From positions 1 through 64,000 of IMG/VR virus record IMGVR_UViG_2822120212_000001: a stretch of 64,000 bases of DNA. One strand, written 5' to 3'. Numbering within the stretch: the stretch's first letter is position 1; every line of letters begins with the position of its first letter. Below the pieces are notes generated by a model, which saw only the letters and a list, made by a program, of their open reading frames with translations, ran no database searches and was not told the DNA's origin. Origin of the DNA: an uncultured virus (IMG/VR IMGVR_UViG_2822120212_000001) (taxonomy: Duplodnaviria; Heunggongvirae; Uroviricota; Caudoviricetes). A program made the position numbers and the translations under genes. Of this stretch, positions 30,852 through 39,928 are shown piece by piece.

Positions 30852-31760
30852 ATGGCTAGGCAACGAAGCCCAGATCGTGACAAAGCATTTGAAATATATA
30901 AATTAAGTAAAGGTGAGAAACCACTGGTTGAGATTGCTGAAGAGTTAGGAATAAAGAATCCTTCACAAATCAGAAAGTGGAAATCTCAAGACAAATGGGA
31001 TGAAAAAATAAATGGTAACGTAACTATTGCGAAAAGGAGCGTTACTAATGTTAAAAATCCCAAAACAAAAGAAAAATTAAAAGAGATTTTAGAGGATGAA
31101 GAGCTGACCGAAAAGGAACGGCTCTTTTGTTTGTATTACGTGAAATACTTCAATGGTACACAAGCCGCACTTAAAAGCGGTTACTCCAAAGACGGTGCTC
31201 ATGTACAGGCTAGTCGATTACTAAGACGTGAACGAGTTTCTTCCTATATAAAAGAGCTTAAAGGTGAGTTAGTTGAAAATGTATTTGTGGAAGCGATGGA
31301 TGTGCTAAAAGAGTACATTAAGATTGCTTTTGCTGATATTACTAACTATGTGACTTTTGGCCAAAGAGAAGTTGAACTAGAACCATTAGAAAAAACATCA
31401 GTAGATGAAGAAGGGAATGAAGTGACAGAGTTTATTACAGAAACACGTATGATGAACTTTGTTGATTTAGCTGAGTCTGATATGATAGATGGCTCAATAA
31501 TTACTGAAGTGAAGCAGGGGCGTGACGGCATTTCCATTAAGCTCGCTGACAAAATGAAGGCTCTGGACAAACTGTCATTATACTTTGATTTATTCCCTGA
31601 CAACTTTAAACGAAAAGTTGATGAGGAAAGATTACACATGCAGCAAGAAGCACAGAAAGTACAGATGGAGAAGACTAAAGCCGAAATCAAACGTATTGAT
31701 GATGGTGACGATGATTCAACTATCGAGATTACTGTTGATTATGGTGATAAAGATGAGTAA
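30852..31760 (+). CDS. terS: Terminase small subunit
   Basis: N-terminal HTH, FCLYYVKYFNGTQAA..GYS, IKLADKMKAL. Confidence 0.9.
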   Translation: MARQRSPDRDKAFEIYKLSKGEKPLVEIAEELGIKNPSQIRKWKSQDKWDEKINGNVTIAKRSVTNVKNPKTKEKLKEILEDEELTEKERLFCLYYVKYFNGTQAALKSGYSKDGAHVQASRLLRRERVSSYIKELKGELVENVFVEAMDVLKEYIKIAFADITNYVTFGQREVELEPLEKTSVDEEGNEVTEFITETRMMNFVDLAESDMIDGSIITEVKQGRDGISIKLADKMKALDKLSLYFDLFPDNFKRKVDEERLHMQQEAQKVQMEKTKAEIKRIDDGDDDSTIEITVDYGDKDE

Positions 31761-33006
31761 AACGAAAGTACAGTTCAATCGTATTTTCAAACCAGTTAAT
31801 GAATGTAGGAAGCGTTACAGGGCTTTAAAAGGTTCTGCTGGTAGTGGGAAGTCTACTAATATCGCACAAGATTACATTCTTAAATTATCCGATCCTAAAT
31901 ACCAAGGCGCTAATTTACTTGTTGTACGAAAAATAGATGTTACTAATCGTCATTCTACTTATGCAGAATTAAGAAAGGCGATTAACATCATATTTGGTAA
32001 GAAAGCCAGTAAATACTGGACCATCAGGCAAAGCCCTTTAGAAATGGTCTGTAAAACAACAGGGAATATGATTATTTTCCGCGGTATGAAGGATGATAAC
32101 GAGCGTGAAAAGGTTAAATCGATTACGTTCGAGCATGGTAAATTAACATGGATATGGATAGAAGAATCAACTGAGTTAAAAGAAAATGATATTGATATTC
32201 TTGATGACCGTTTGCGTGGTATATTGCCAAACGAAAATCTTTACTATCAGATTACATTTACATTTAACCCTGTATCATCAACTCACTGGATCAAGAAGAA
32301 ATACTTTGACATTGAACATCCGGACATTTTTACTCACCATTCTACTTATTTAACAAACAGGTTCATTGACGATGCGTATCATCGACGCATGATGCTGCGT
32401 AAAGAGCAGGACCCAGAAGGATACCAAGTATACGGAGAGGGTGACTGGGGGGAAATTGGCGGTGTAATCCTTAAAAATTATAAAGTTCATGACTTTGATA
32501 CTTCATTTGAACGATTCGACTCTATGAATCATAGCCAAGACTTTGGATTTAACCATGCTAACGCTATTCTTACAGGCGGTTGGAAAGATGGAGAGTTATA
32601 TATTTGCAATGAGATATACGTCCATGAAAAAGACACGAATGAGATCATTGAGATTGCAGATAAACAAGGTTTAAACAACCGTTTGTTTATGTATTGTGAT
32701 TCTGCTGAACCAGATCGTATTAAGATGTGGAAGAAAGCAGGATACAAAGCTACTGCTGTTGTTAAGAACCCAAACAGCGTAAAAGCTCAAATAGACTATT
32801 TGAAAACATTAAAAATACACATTCATCCTTCCTGCGTAAATACCATTGCAGAAATACAACAATGGAAATGGAAAAAGGATTCGAAGACAGGTTTATATTT
32901 AGACGAACCTGTAGAAGTGTTTGACGATGCTATGGCAGCACTACGCTATATCATTGAAGAAAAACGTCGTAACAGAAAAGCAAAAGCAGTTAGATCAATC
33001 TATTAA
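31753..33006 (+). CDS. terL: Terminase large subunit, PBSX family
   Basis: GSAGSGKS, WIEE, TFNP, DFGF, DDAMAALRY. Confidence 0.93.
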   Translation: MSKTKVQFNRIFKPVNECRKRYRALKGSAGSGKSTNIAQDYILKLSDPKYQGANLLVVRKIDVTNRHSTYAELRKAINIIFGKKASKYWTIRQSPLEMVCKTTGNMIIFRGMKDDNEREKVKSITFEHGKLTWIWIEESTELKENDIDILDDRLRGILPNENLYYQITFTFNPVSSTHWIKKKYFDIEHPDIFTHHSTYLTNRFIDDAYHRRMMLRKEQDPEGYQVYGEGDWGEIGGVILKNYKVHDFDTSFERFDSMNHSQDFGFNHANAILTGGWKDGELYICNEIYVHEKDTNEIIEIADKQGLNNRLFMYCDSAEPDRIKMWKKAGYKATAVVKNPNSVKAQIDYLKTLKIHIHPSCVNTIAEIQQWKWKKDSKTGLYLDEPVEVFDDAMAALRYIIEEKRRNRKAKAVRSIY

Positions 33007-33018
33007 GGAGGTGAGACG

Positions 33019-34452
33019 ATGTTTGAACATTATATTCCTTTACTGGATGAACAAAATGGCGAGCCTACACCAAAGCTACTCAAGAGAATTATCGATGAGT
33101 TTGAACCATTAAAACAACGCATGACTAACAGGTACGAACGCTACAAAGCAAGTGAAAAGGGTGTGCCTATCTTTACTCGCGAGTTTAAAGGTGATGGTAA
33201 TAAAGATAAGGTGAACAATAAGTTAAATAATGATTTCTTTTCTGAAATTATAGATACAAAGATTGGTTATATGTTTGGTTTACCCATTTCATATAGCTTA
33301 GATCATGACGATGATGAGGTACTAAAACGAATCCAGGACTTCTTAAAAGCAAATCATACTGAAGATGCTGATGCGGAAACAGGGAAGTTCGCTTCTATTT
33401 GTGGATACGGAGCGAGACTACTGTATCACGATAAAGAAGGCATAGAAAAGGTTATGAATATCAAACCTTATGAAGCTATATTTCTTACGAATTCAAGCAT
33501 TGCAGAACCTAACTATGCTATCCGCTGCTATCCAATCAAAGTAATTGATGGAGATGATTTCAAAGACGGATACAAAGTAGAGTTCTACAATGAAACAAAC
33601 ATTATTGAGTACACTGGTGAAGATTTAGATAAGTTAGTAGAAATAAACCGTATCCCTAACTTATACAAAAGTGTGCCTCTTATTGGATTCCCGAACAATG
33701 AAGAATTGCAGGGGGATGTTGATAAAGCTATATCACTTATTGAGGGGTACGATAGAGCGTTTTCTGATGTTAACAGTGAAATCGAGCAGTTCCGCTTGGC
33801 TTATATGATTTTTAAAGGCGTTGATATAGATGAGAATACTGTTGAAGATTTAAAGAAAACAGGCGCTCTTGATGTTGGTGAAAATGGCGAAGCGTCTTTT
33901 TTAACTAAAAACCTAAATGATGATATTTTAGAACACCATTTAGACAGGTTAGAAAAAAATATATGTCGCTTCACCAAGCATGTAAATCTTACTGATGAAT
34001 CGTTTGGTTCTAACCTTACGGGTGTCGCAATTCGCTACAAGCTTTTAGCTTTAGAAACGAAATCAGGAACATTAGAAGTGAAGTTTACTAAGTCATTGCG
34101 TCAACAATTTAAGTTACTATTTGATGCTTGGAACTTACGATCGAATAAATCTGAGTTAGATTACTTATGTATGACATTCCAATTCACACGAAATATTCCA
34201 GTAAACCTAGCTGATGAAGCTGATGTACAAGGGAAGTTGCAAGGTTTGATGAGTGAAGAAACACGGTTATCTTTATTTTCTGCTGTTCACGATCCTAAAG
34301 CAGAGATACAGAAGATGCTAGAAGAAGAGGCTGATTCCATCAATTTAGATTCCGTTTATAAAGGCGGTGATACTAATGGACTGGGACAAGAAACAGAAAC
34401 ACCTTCAAAAGATAGAGGACGAACTGGAAAAGGCGATACTTTACCTGTATAA
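33019..34452 (+). CDS. Portal protein, SPP1 type
   Basis: Position; GYMFGLPI, SNLTGVAIRYKL motifs. Confidence 0.9.
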   Translation: MFEHYIPLLDEQNGEPTPKLLKRIIDEFEPLKQRMTNRYERYKASEKGVPIFTREFKGDGNKDKVNNKLNNDFFSEIIDTKIGYMFGLPISYSLDHDDDEVLKRIQDFLKANHTEDADAETGKFASICGYGARLLYHDKEGIEKVMNIKPYEAIFLTNSSIAEPNYAIRCYPIKVIDGDDFKDGYKVEFYNETNIIEYTGEDLDKLVEINRIPNLYKSVPLIGFPNNEELQGDVDKAISLIEGYDRAFSDVNSEIEQFRLAYMIFKGVDIDENTVEDLKKTGALDVGENGEASFLTKNLNDDILEHHLDRLEKNICRFTKHVNLTDESFGSNLTGVAIRYKLLALETKSGTLEVKFTKSLRQQFKLLFDAWNLRSNKSELDYLCMTFQFTRNIPVNLADEADVQGKLQGLMSEETRLSLFSAVHDPKAEIQKMLEEEADSINLDSVYKGGDTNGLGQETETPSKDRGRTGKGDTLPV

Positions 34453-35293
34453 AGATGCTTTAGAGGAAGTCAGAGGAATACTGGCTTTTTATTATGCCAA
34501 ATATGCGGTAAATGAGCAGTTGAGTATGCAGGAAATGCGCCGATTCAATCGATATAAGAGCATGCAAAGTGAACTGCAACAAGTTATTAATGAAATAACA
34601 TATGAGAAAAAGAAATCTCTCAATGAAATGCTCTCCAATCAGTATGGAGAGTCTTTTTATTATACGAGTTATCTCATCGAGAAAGAAGTCGGCGTGGCTC
34701 TTTCGTATGGTCTTCTTGACCCGAACGTCATTAAACGAGCGGTACAAATGCCAATCGATAAAATGACACTCAATCAAAGGTTAAGTGCACATCGAGTGCA
34801 GATAGTTAACCGGATACGAAGAGAATTATCTATTGGTCTTAGAAAAGGTGAAGGATATGCAGTCATGGCTAATCGTATTAAATCGATACTTGATGGTGAT
34901 GCGAAGAAAGCAAAAATGGTTGCATGGACAGAAAGTGCTAGGGTGCAAAACTTAGGTACCTATGACAGTGCCTCTCATGCTTTCGATGAAGGTGTATCAA
35001 TGGAGAAGATTTGGATTTCTACATTAGATAAACGTACACGTCCTACTCATCAAGCGGCAGATCATCAGAAAGTACCGTTTAAAGATTTATTTAAAGTCGG
35101 TGGTTATAGCTGTGAATATCCACATGATAGCAATTTACCTGCTAAAGAAGTTGTTCGTTGCCGCTGTACATTTATTACTGAGGTAGCGGATGTTAGTCCA
35201 TTCATTGAGAGGAGGGCTAGAAACCCAACAACAGGTAGGAATGAAGTGATTGCAGCAGTTAGTTATGAAAAGTGGAAAGACTCTATTGAATAA
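34376..35293 (+). CDS. Minor capsid / head morphogenesis protein (SPP1 gp7-like)
   Basis: W.STLD.RTR..H...CRCT. Confidence 0.85.
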   Translation: MDWDKKQKHLQKIEDELEKAILYLYKDALEEVRGILAFYYAKYAVNEQLSMQEMRRFNRYKSMQSELQQVINEITYEKKKSLNEMLSNQYGESFYYTSYLIEKEVGVALSYGLLDPNVIKRAVQMPIDKMTLNQRLSAHRVQIVNRIRRELSIGLRKGEGYAVMANRIKSILDGDAKKAKMVAWTESARVQNLGTYDSASHAFDEGVSMEKIWISTLDKRTRPTHQAADHQKVPFKDLFKVGGYSCEYPHDSNLPAKEVVRCRCTFITEVADVSPFIERRARNPTTGRNEVIAAVSYEKWKDSIE

Positions 35294-35360
35294 AAAAACA
35301 TGAGGGCTTATAGATTGCGAACTTAACAGGGCGTATTCATAGGAACTCAGAGGAGGAATA

Positions 35361-36086
35361 ATGATGAAACAATATTTAGTTAAGGATTTACCAGTACAGT
35401 TTTTTAAGGGGAAAAAGAAAGTTAAATCACCTTTACGCATGGAGAATTTACAATTTTTCTCTGATCAAGGATTGCCAGCAGATGATAAGTTGATTGAAGA
35501 ACAAACATCACCGGAAGAACAAAAGCCATCAGAAGAACAAATACAGCCTGTTGATGAGCATAAAGAACCAAAACTAGAGGGTGCAACTAAAGCATTTATA
35601 GAAAAAATGGTGCAATCAGCAGAAGATCGAGTCCGTTCAAAATATTCAAAGGAGCTCAATGCAACAAAAAAAGAATTAGAAAACTATAAAACAGCCTCTA
35701 TGACCGCACAAGAAAAAGCTGAATATGAAATGAAGCAACTTCAAGACCAATTAGAAGAAAGAGAGCGAGTACTTCACCAAAAAGAGATGCAAAGTGCCGC
35801 TGCGGATGGTTTATCGGCGATTGGACTAGATCTTAAATTTGTAGACTTTGTTATTGGTTCAGATGTAGAAGATACAAAAGTTAGAGTATCGAAGTTTAAT
35901 GACTTGTTCTCTTCTGCGTTGGAAGTAAAAGTAGCTGAAAGATTTAAAGCCGCTGGGAGAGAGATTCATGCTGGAAGTGGTTCTGGTGGAGGTTTCACTA
36001 AAGAGCATGTCGCTTCAATGAGTCAGTCAGAAATTAATGCGAACTGGGTACAAATTCAGCAATCTATGAAAACATGGAACAAATAA
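35361..36086 (+). CDS. Capsid scaffolding protein (DUF4355-like)
   Basis: NLQFF motif, coiled coil, precedes the major capsid gene. Confidence 0.85.
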   Translation: MMKQYLVKDLPVQFFKGKKKVKSPLRMENLQFFSDQGLPADDKLIEEQTSPEEQKPSEEQIQPVDEHKEPKLEGATKAFIEKMVQSAEDRVRSKYSKELNATKKELENYKTASMTAQEKAEYEMKQLQDQLEERERVLHQKEMQSAAADGLSAIGLDLKFVDFVIGSDVEDTKVRVSKFNDLFSSALEVKVAERFKAAGREIHAGSGSGGGFTKEHVASMSQSEINANWVQIQQSMKTWNK

Positions 36087-36100
36087 GGAGGAAATAATAT

Positions 36101-36913
36101 ATGACAGTATCAAATTTTATTCGAACAATTTGGGAAGCTCGTTTAATGGCAAACTTCCATAAACGTTCTATCGCTAATTTAATTACAACAGCACCAACAA
36201 AAATCGAAGGTAATAAACTTATATTTAACCGTGTTGGCGCTGTAAATGTAAAGGATTATTCGGGTTCGGTTGAATGGGATGGCGTAAATACGCTTAAAAA
36301 AGAAATTAATATGGATCAGAAGAAATACTTCGCTTTCCAAGTGGATGATGTAGACGAAGTGCAATCGGCAGGAGACTTAATTGATCCGCATACACAAGAA
36401 GCGGCAGCAATCCTTCAAGAAACAGCTGATAAATATGTATTAGGCTTATATACTGGTGCTCATGCTGATAATACACTCGGTGATGATACAACGCCAATCG
36501 AGTTAAATAAAACGAATGTATATGATTATATTGTAGATTTGAATACTGCACTTAATAAAAAGAAAGTACCAAAAGAAGAGCGCTTTACAATCATTAACTC
36601 ACAAGTTCTTGGTCTACTTTCTAAGGATGATCGTTTTACAAGACAGCCAGTCATTTTAACAAATGGTGTTGTTGAGGGACAAATTATTAATGGTTCACAA
36701 ATTGTTGTGTCGGAAGAAATTTCTGCCACTGAAGGAAAATATAAAATCTTAGGACTTCATAAATCTGCAATTGGACATGGTACACAATTAAACGAAACGG
36801 AAGCGATGCGTTTACAAGGAGCATTTGCTGATGGTATTCGTGGTTTAATGGTATATGGTTCTGGTGTTCTTCGTCCAGAATCTCTAGCAGTTCTTACAGC
36901 AACAATTAAGTAA
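36101..36913 (+). CDS. Major capsid protein
   Basis: Position; DQKKYFAFQVDD, GLMVYGSGVLRPE. Confidence 0.88.
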   Translation: MTVSNFIRTIWEARLMANFHKRSIANLITTAPTKIEGNKLIFNRVGAVNVKDYSGSVEWDGVNTLKKEINMDQKKYFAFQVDDVDEVQSAGDLIDPHTQEAAAILQETADKYVLGLYTGAHADNTLGDDTTPIELNKTNVYDYIVDLNTALNKKKVPKEERFTIINSQVLGLLSKDDRFTRQPVILTNGVVEGQIINGSQIVVSEEISATEGKYKILGLHKSAIGHGTQLNETEAMRLQGAFADGIRGLMVYGSGVLRPESLAVLTATIK

Positions 36914-36964
36914 TAGGAGCAGGATAATCCCTGCTCCTATTTTTTTTAGAAAGGAGAGATAATT

Positions 36965-37129
36965 ATGGCTTGGTTTTTAAACAAAGATACGGGAATTACA
37001 TGGGAAGTAACTGATGCGGACCAATTGAATCGATGTAAAAAGGATCCGACATATGAAGAGGTCGATGAACCAAAAACAGAAATAGTTAAAAAGAAACGTC
37101 GCGTAGCCCCTACACAAGTAGGTGAGTAG
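36965..37129 (+). CDS. Small virion-region protein (54 aa)
   Basis: AAGGAG RBS; MAWFLNKDTGITWEV... Confidence 0.6.
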   Translation: MAWFLNKDTGITWEVTDADQLNRCKKDPTYEEVDEPKTEIVKKKRRVAPTQVGE

Positions 37130-37438
37130 GTGGATATAAAAGTAGAAATCCTAAAGCGTGTAAAGTTGCAGGTACCCAATATAGGTGAGGAAAACTTATT
37201 AATAAGCATTGAAGATACAATGTTAATCGTTGCTGAGTACACAAACAGAACAATTCCTGAATTCCCTCCTGCTTATCCTGGTATCATCGCAAAGATGGTA
37301 GTTTATGAGTATAGGGAGCAAGAAAGAGAAGGGAAGAAAAGTGAATCGTTAGGTAACTATTCTGTTACTTATGACGATGTGGGAGATTATCCAGTGAGCG
37401 TTACGAAAGGACTGAAAGTGAGGTTGCGTGTCTTATGA
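37130..37438 (+). CDS. Head-tail connector (adaptor)
   Basis: EGKKSESLGNYSVTY motif. Confidence 0.85.
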   Translation: MDIKVEILKRVKLQVPNIGEENLLISIEDTMLIVAEYTNRTIPEFPPAYPGIIAKMVVYEYREQEREGKKSESLGNYSVTYDDVGDYPVSVTKGLKVRLRVL

Positions 37439-37779
37439 TTCAATCCATGATTCGTAAGTTTGGTAAAGAAGCTACTGTACTCTGTAATGTTGGGTCTGAT
37501 GATGGACCATATCCAACAGAAGAATGGGAAGAAATCAACAATGTAAAAGGTGTGTTGGATGCTATCCAAGGTGAAAAGGATGCTCGTAATAAGAAAGTGG
37601 AGGAGAAAAGTACACATTTCTTTTACTGTTTACCATTTGATATAACGATTCAAGATAGATTAGTTATTGATAAGAAGGTATACAGTGTTACGTATCCTGG
37701 TGATCCAATGAATGCAGGTAGATTCCTTCAAATAGAATTGGAGATGTTGCCATATGAGCATGAAGTTCCAATCGAATAG
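37435..37779 (+). CDS. Head closure protein
   Basis: Position and size. Confidence 0.75.
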   Translation: MIQSMIRKFGKEATVLCNVGSDDGPYPTEEWEEINNVKGVLDAIQGEKDARNKKVEEKSTHFFYCLPFDITIQDRLVIDKKVYSVTYPGDPMNAGRFLQIELEMLPYEHEVPIE

Positions 37780-38161
37780 AGCTGCGGTAATGGCAAGACA
37801 CTTAGCAGCTAAAAAGGCTGCTCATACTGCTATTGGTCAATTTGTTACTTCTAAAGCAAAGTTACTTGCTGCTGTAGATACTAGTAATCTAAGAAACAGT
37901 ATTAGTTCAAAAGCGGAACTAGAAAAGGTTGTTATTGGAACTTCTGCTGATTATGGAATTTACGTCGAGAAAGGCACAGGGATCTATGCCGAGGATGGAA
38001 ATGGGCGTCAGACTCCCTGGATGTACCGTGACCCTAAAACTGGGAAAATGGTTAAAACACAAGGACAACACGCACAACCATTTCTTAGGCCAGCAGCAGA
38101 GAATAATAAGCCGATGATTACACAAGTTGGAACACGAACCTATTCGTCATTAATGAGGTAG
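37754..38161 (+). CDS. HK97 gp10-like tail completion protein
   Basis: VDTSNLRNSI, YVEKGT, QPFLRPA. Confidence 0.85.
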   Translation: MSMKFQSNRAAVMARHLAAKKAAHTAIGQFVTSKAKLLAAVDTSNLRNSISSKAELEKVVIGTSADYGIYVEKGTGIYAEDGNGRQTPWMYRDPKTGKMVKTQGQHAQPFLRPAAENNKPMITQVGTRTYSSLMR

Positions 38162-38165
38162 ATAC

Positions 38166-38528
38166 ATGAATGACTTTATAAATATATTACACAGTGAATT
38201 AAAACAGACTCATAAAGAGTCGTACTATGAGATTGCGAAAACAACTGCTGATATGCCTTATCTGGTGTACATGGTAAATGATGATAAAGAACCTTGGGGA
38301 AGAAAGAATATTATGCTTACAATTGATATTTATGGAACTTCTGCTCATATAGCGAAGATTGACCAACTAATTACGGAGTTAGAAAACAATCTTCATAGAA
38401 AGAGATTAAGCAGCGCTCAATTTGGTGCTGCTATTTCTTATCTTTCGAGTCAGAAAGTACCTGATTCAGACCCACATATAAGACGCAAAGAAGTACGATT
38501 CATTTTAAGAACTTATTTTAAACAATAG
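38166..38528 (+). CDS. Tail terminator
   Basis: PYLVY motif, position. Confidence 0.75.
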   Translation: MNDFINILHSELKQTHKESYYEIAKTTADMPYLVYMVNDDKEPWGRKNIMLTIDIYGTSAHIAKIDQLITELENNLHRKRLSSAQFGAAISYLSSQKVPDSDPHIRRKEVRFILRTYFKQ

Positions 38529-38542
38529 AGAGGATTGATTGG

Positions 38543-39133
38543 ATGGCAGCTCCACAACCAAAACCAGAAAATATTCTCTTCGGAGATTGGGGGGCGTTTT
38601 ACTTCAATTACGGGGAAGAGAAAGACGAATTGAAAGTAGGAGCAACACAAGGCGGTGGTTCATTTAAATACGAACCAGAGTTTAAAGAAATTGATTATGA
38701 CGGTTCTCCTGGTGACACTATGGGAATGAAACGTATCACTAAATCAAAAACGCAAATAAGCTTTAAAACTCTCGAATTCCTTGATAAAGAAAAAATCAAG
38801 AATTTCATCGCTGGATTAAAAGTTTCAGAAGAAACTGTTACGAAAGATGGGAAAACGATCAAATATGATGTAATCGAAGCTACAGAACGTCTTACTAAAG
38901 AAAGCTATCTTAAAAACGTAGCTTGGGTTGGTGAAACATTAGGCGGCGATATTGTTGAAATCATCGTATATAACGCGCTATCTGATGGTTCTTTAGAATT
39001 ATCATTTGAAAATGAAAGTGAAGTTGTTCCAGAGATAACATTCACAGGGCATCGTGATCCGGAAAACATCCGAAAAGTGCCATGGAAGAAACGTATTTTA
39101 AAAGCAGCAGAAGCAACAAAATTATTAGGTTAA
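38543..39133 (+). CDS. Major tail protein
   Basis: GATQGG motif, position, followed by a terminator. Confidence 0.8.
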   Translation: MAAPQPKPENILFGDWGAFYFNYGEEKDELKVGATQGGGSFKYEPEFKEIDYDGSPGDTMGMKRITKSKTQISFKTLEFLDKEKIKNFIAGLKVSEETVTKDGKTIKYDVIEATERLTKESYLKNVAWVGETLGGDIVEIIVYNALSDGSLELSFENESEVVPEITFTGHRDPENIRKVPWKKRILKAAEATKLLG

Positions 39134-39188
39134 ACGATTAAAGAGTAGGGATTATCCCCTGCTCTTTTTATTTTAAGGAGGAATAAGC

Positions 39189-39617
39189 ATGGCAATAACA
39201 ATTCAAGAAAAAGAATACGCAGTAAGGCAAATTCATGGTGGAGATTTATTTTCCGTCGTTCGTATTTTAAAGAAATCAAAATTCAAGATTGATACTAACT
39301 TATTAAAAGATTTAATGATGGGTGTCCGAAATAAAGAGGGCGCAACAAAGGAAGATGTTTTAGCTGCACAAGAGACTTTTGGGTACGACATTATCATGAA
39401 ATTCATCTTTGGATTAGAAGAAGCAGAACAAGAATTTTTTGAGTTCATTTCTGGACTGTTAGTATATGAAGATGAAAACAGGAAAAAGACATCACCAGAT
39501 TGGGAAACAATACGAACTTTAAATCTAAAAGAGTTAGTTAAGTTGTTTACTGCAATCAAGGATTCAGAAGTTGGGTTGGTTAAACTTTTTTCCAATGCGG
39601 TGAACTTGATGAAATAG
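39189..39617 (+). CDS. Tail assembly chaperone (G)
   Basis: Between major tail and tape measure genes. Confidence 0.8.
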   Translation: MAITIQEKEYAVRQIHGGDLFSVVRILKKSKFKIDTNLLKDLMMGVRNKEGATKEDVLAAQETFGYDIIMKFIFGLEEAEQEFFEFISGLLVYEDENRKKTSPDWETIRTLNLKELVKLFTAIKDSEVGLVKLFSNAVNLMK

Positions 39618-39928
39618 ACTTCATTGATACATTAGCTTCTCGATATCCAAACATGGATTACATACGCGGTTTGGATGCCGAAATAGTTATTAATTTGTAT
39701 CTCACCGCAAAGAAAAAAGAAATGAATCGTATGTTGTGGGAAGAGTGGTGCGCTTTACAGCCGTATTGTGATGAAACATTTCCTCAATTCAAACATAAGC
39801 GTGAAAATCCTACACAAGAACAGGTTCAACAATATAACAAATCAATCGAACAAACACCGAAACAGAAACTTACAAAAGAAGAAGTGTTTGCTCGCGTTGC
39901 GGAAATCCGCGGAAAGGCGGGTGAATAG
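39585..39928 (+). CDS. Tail chaperone GT extension via probable -1 frameshift at CTTTTTTC (39585-39592)
   Basis: -1 frame is open from the T-run into the 39653-39928 ORF, which has no clear RBS. Confidence 0.65.
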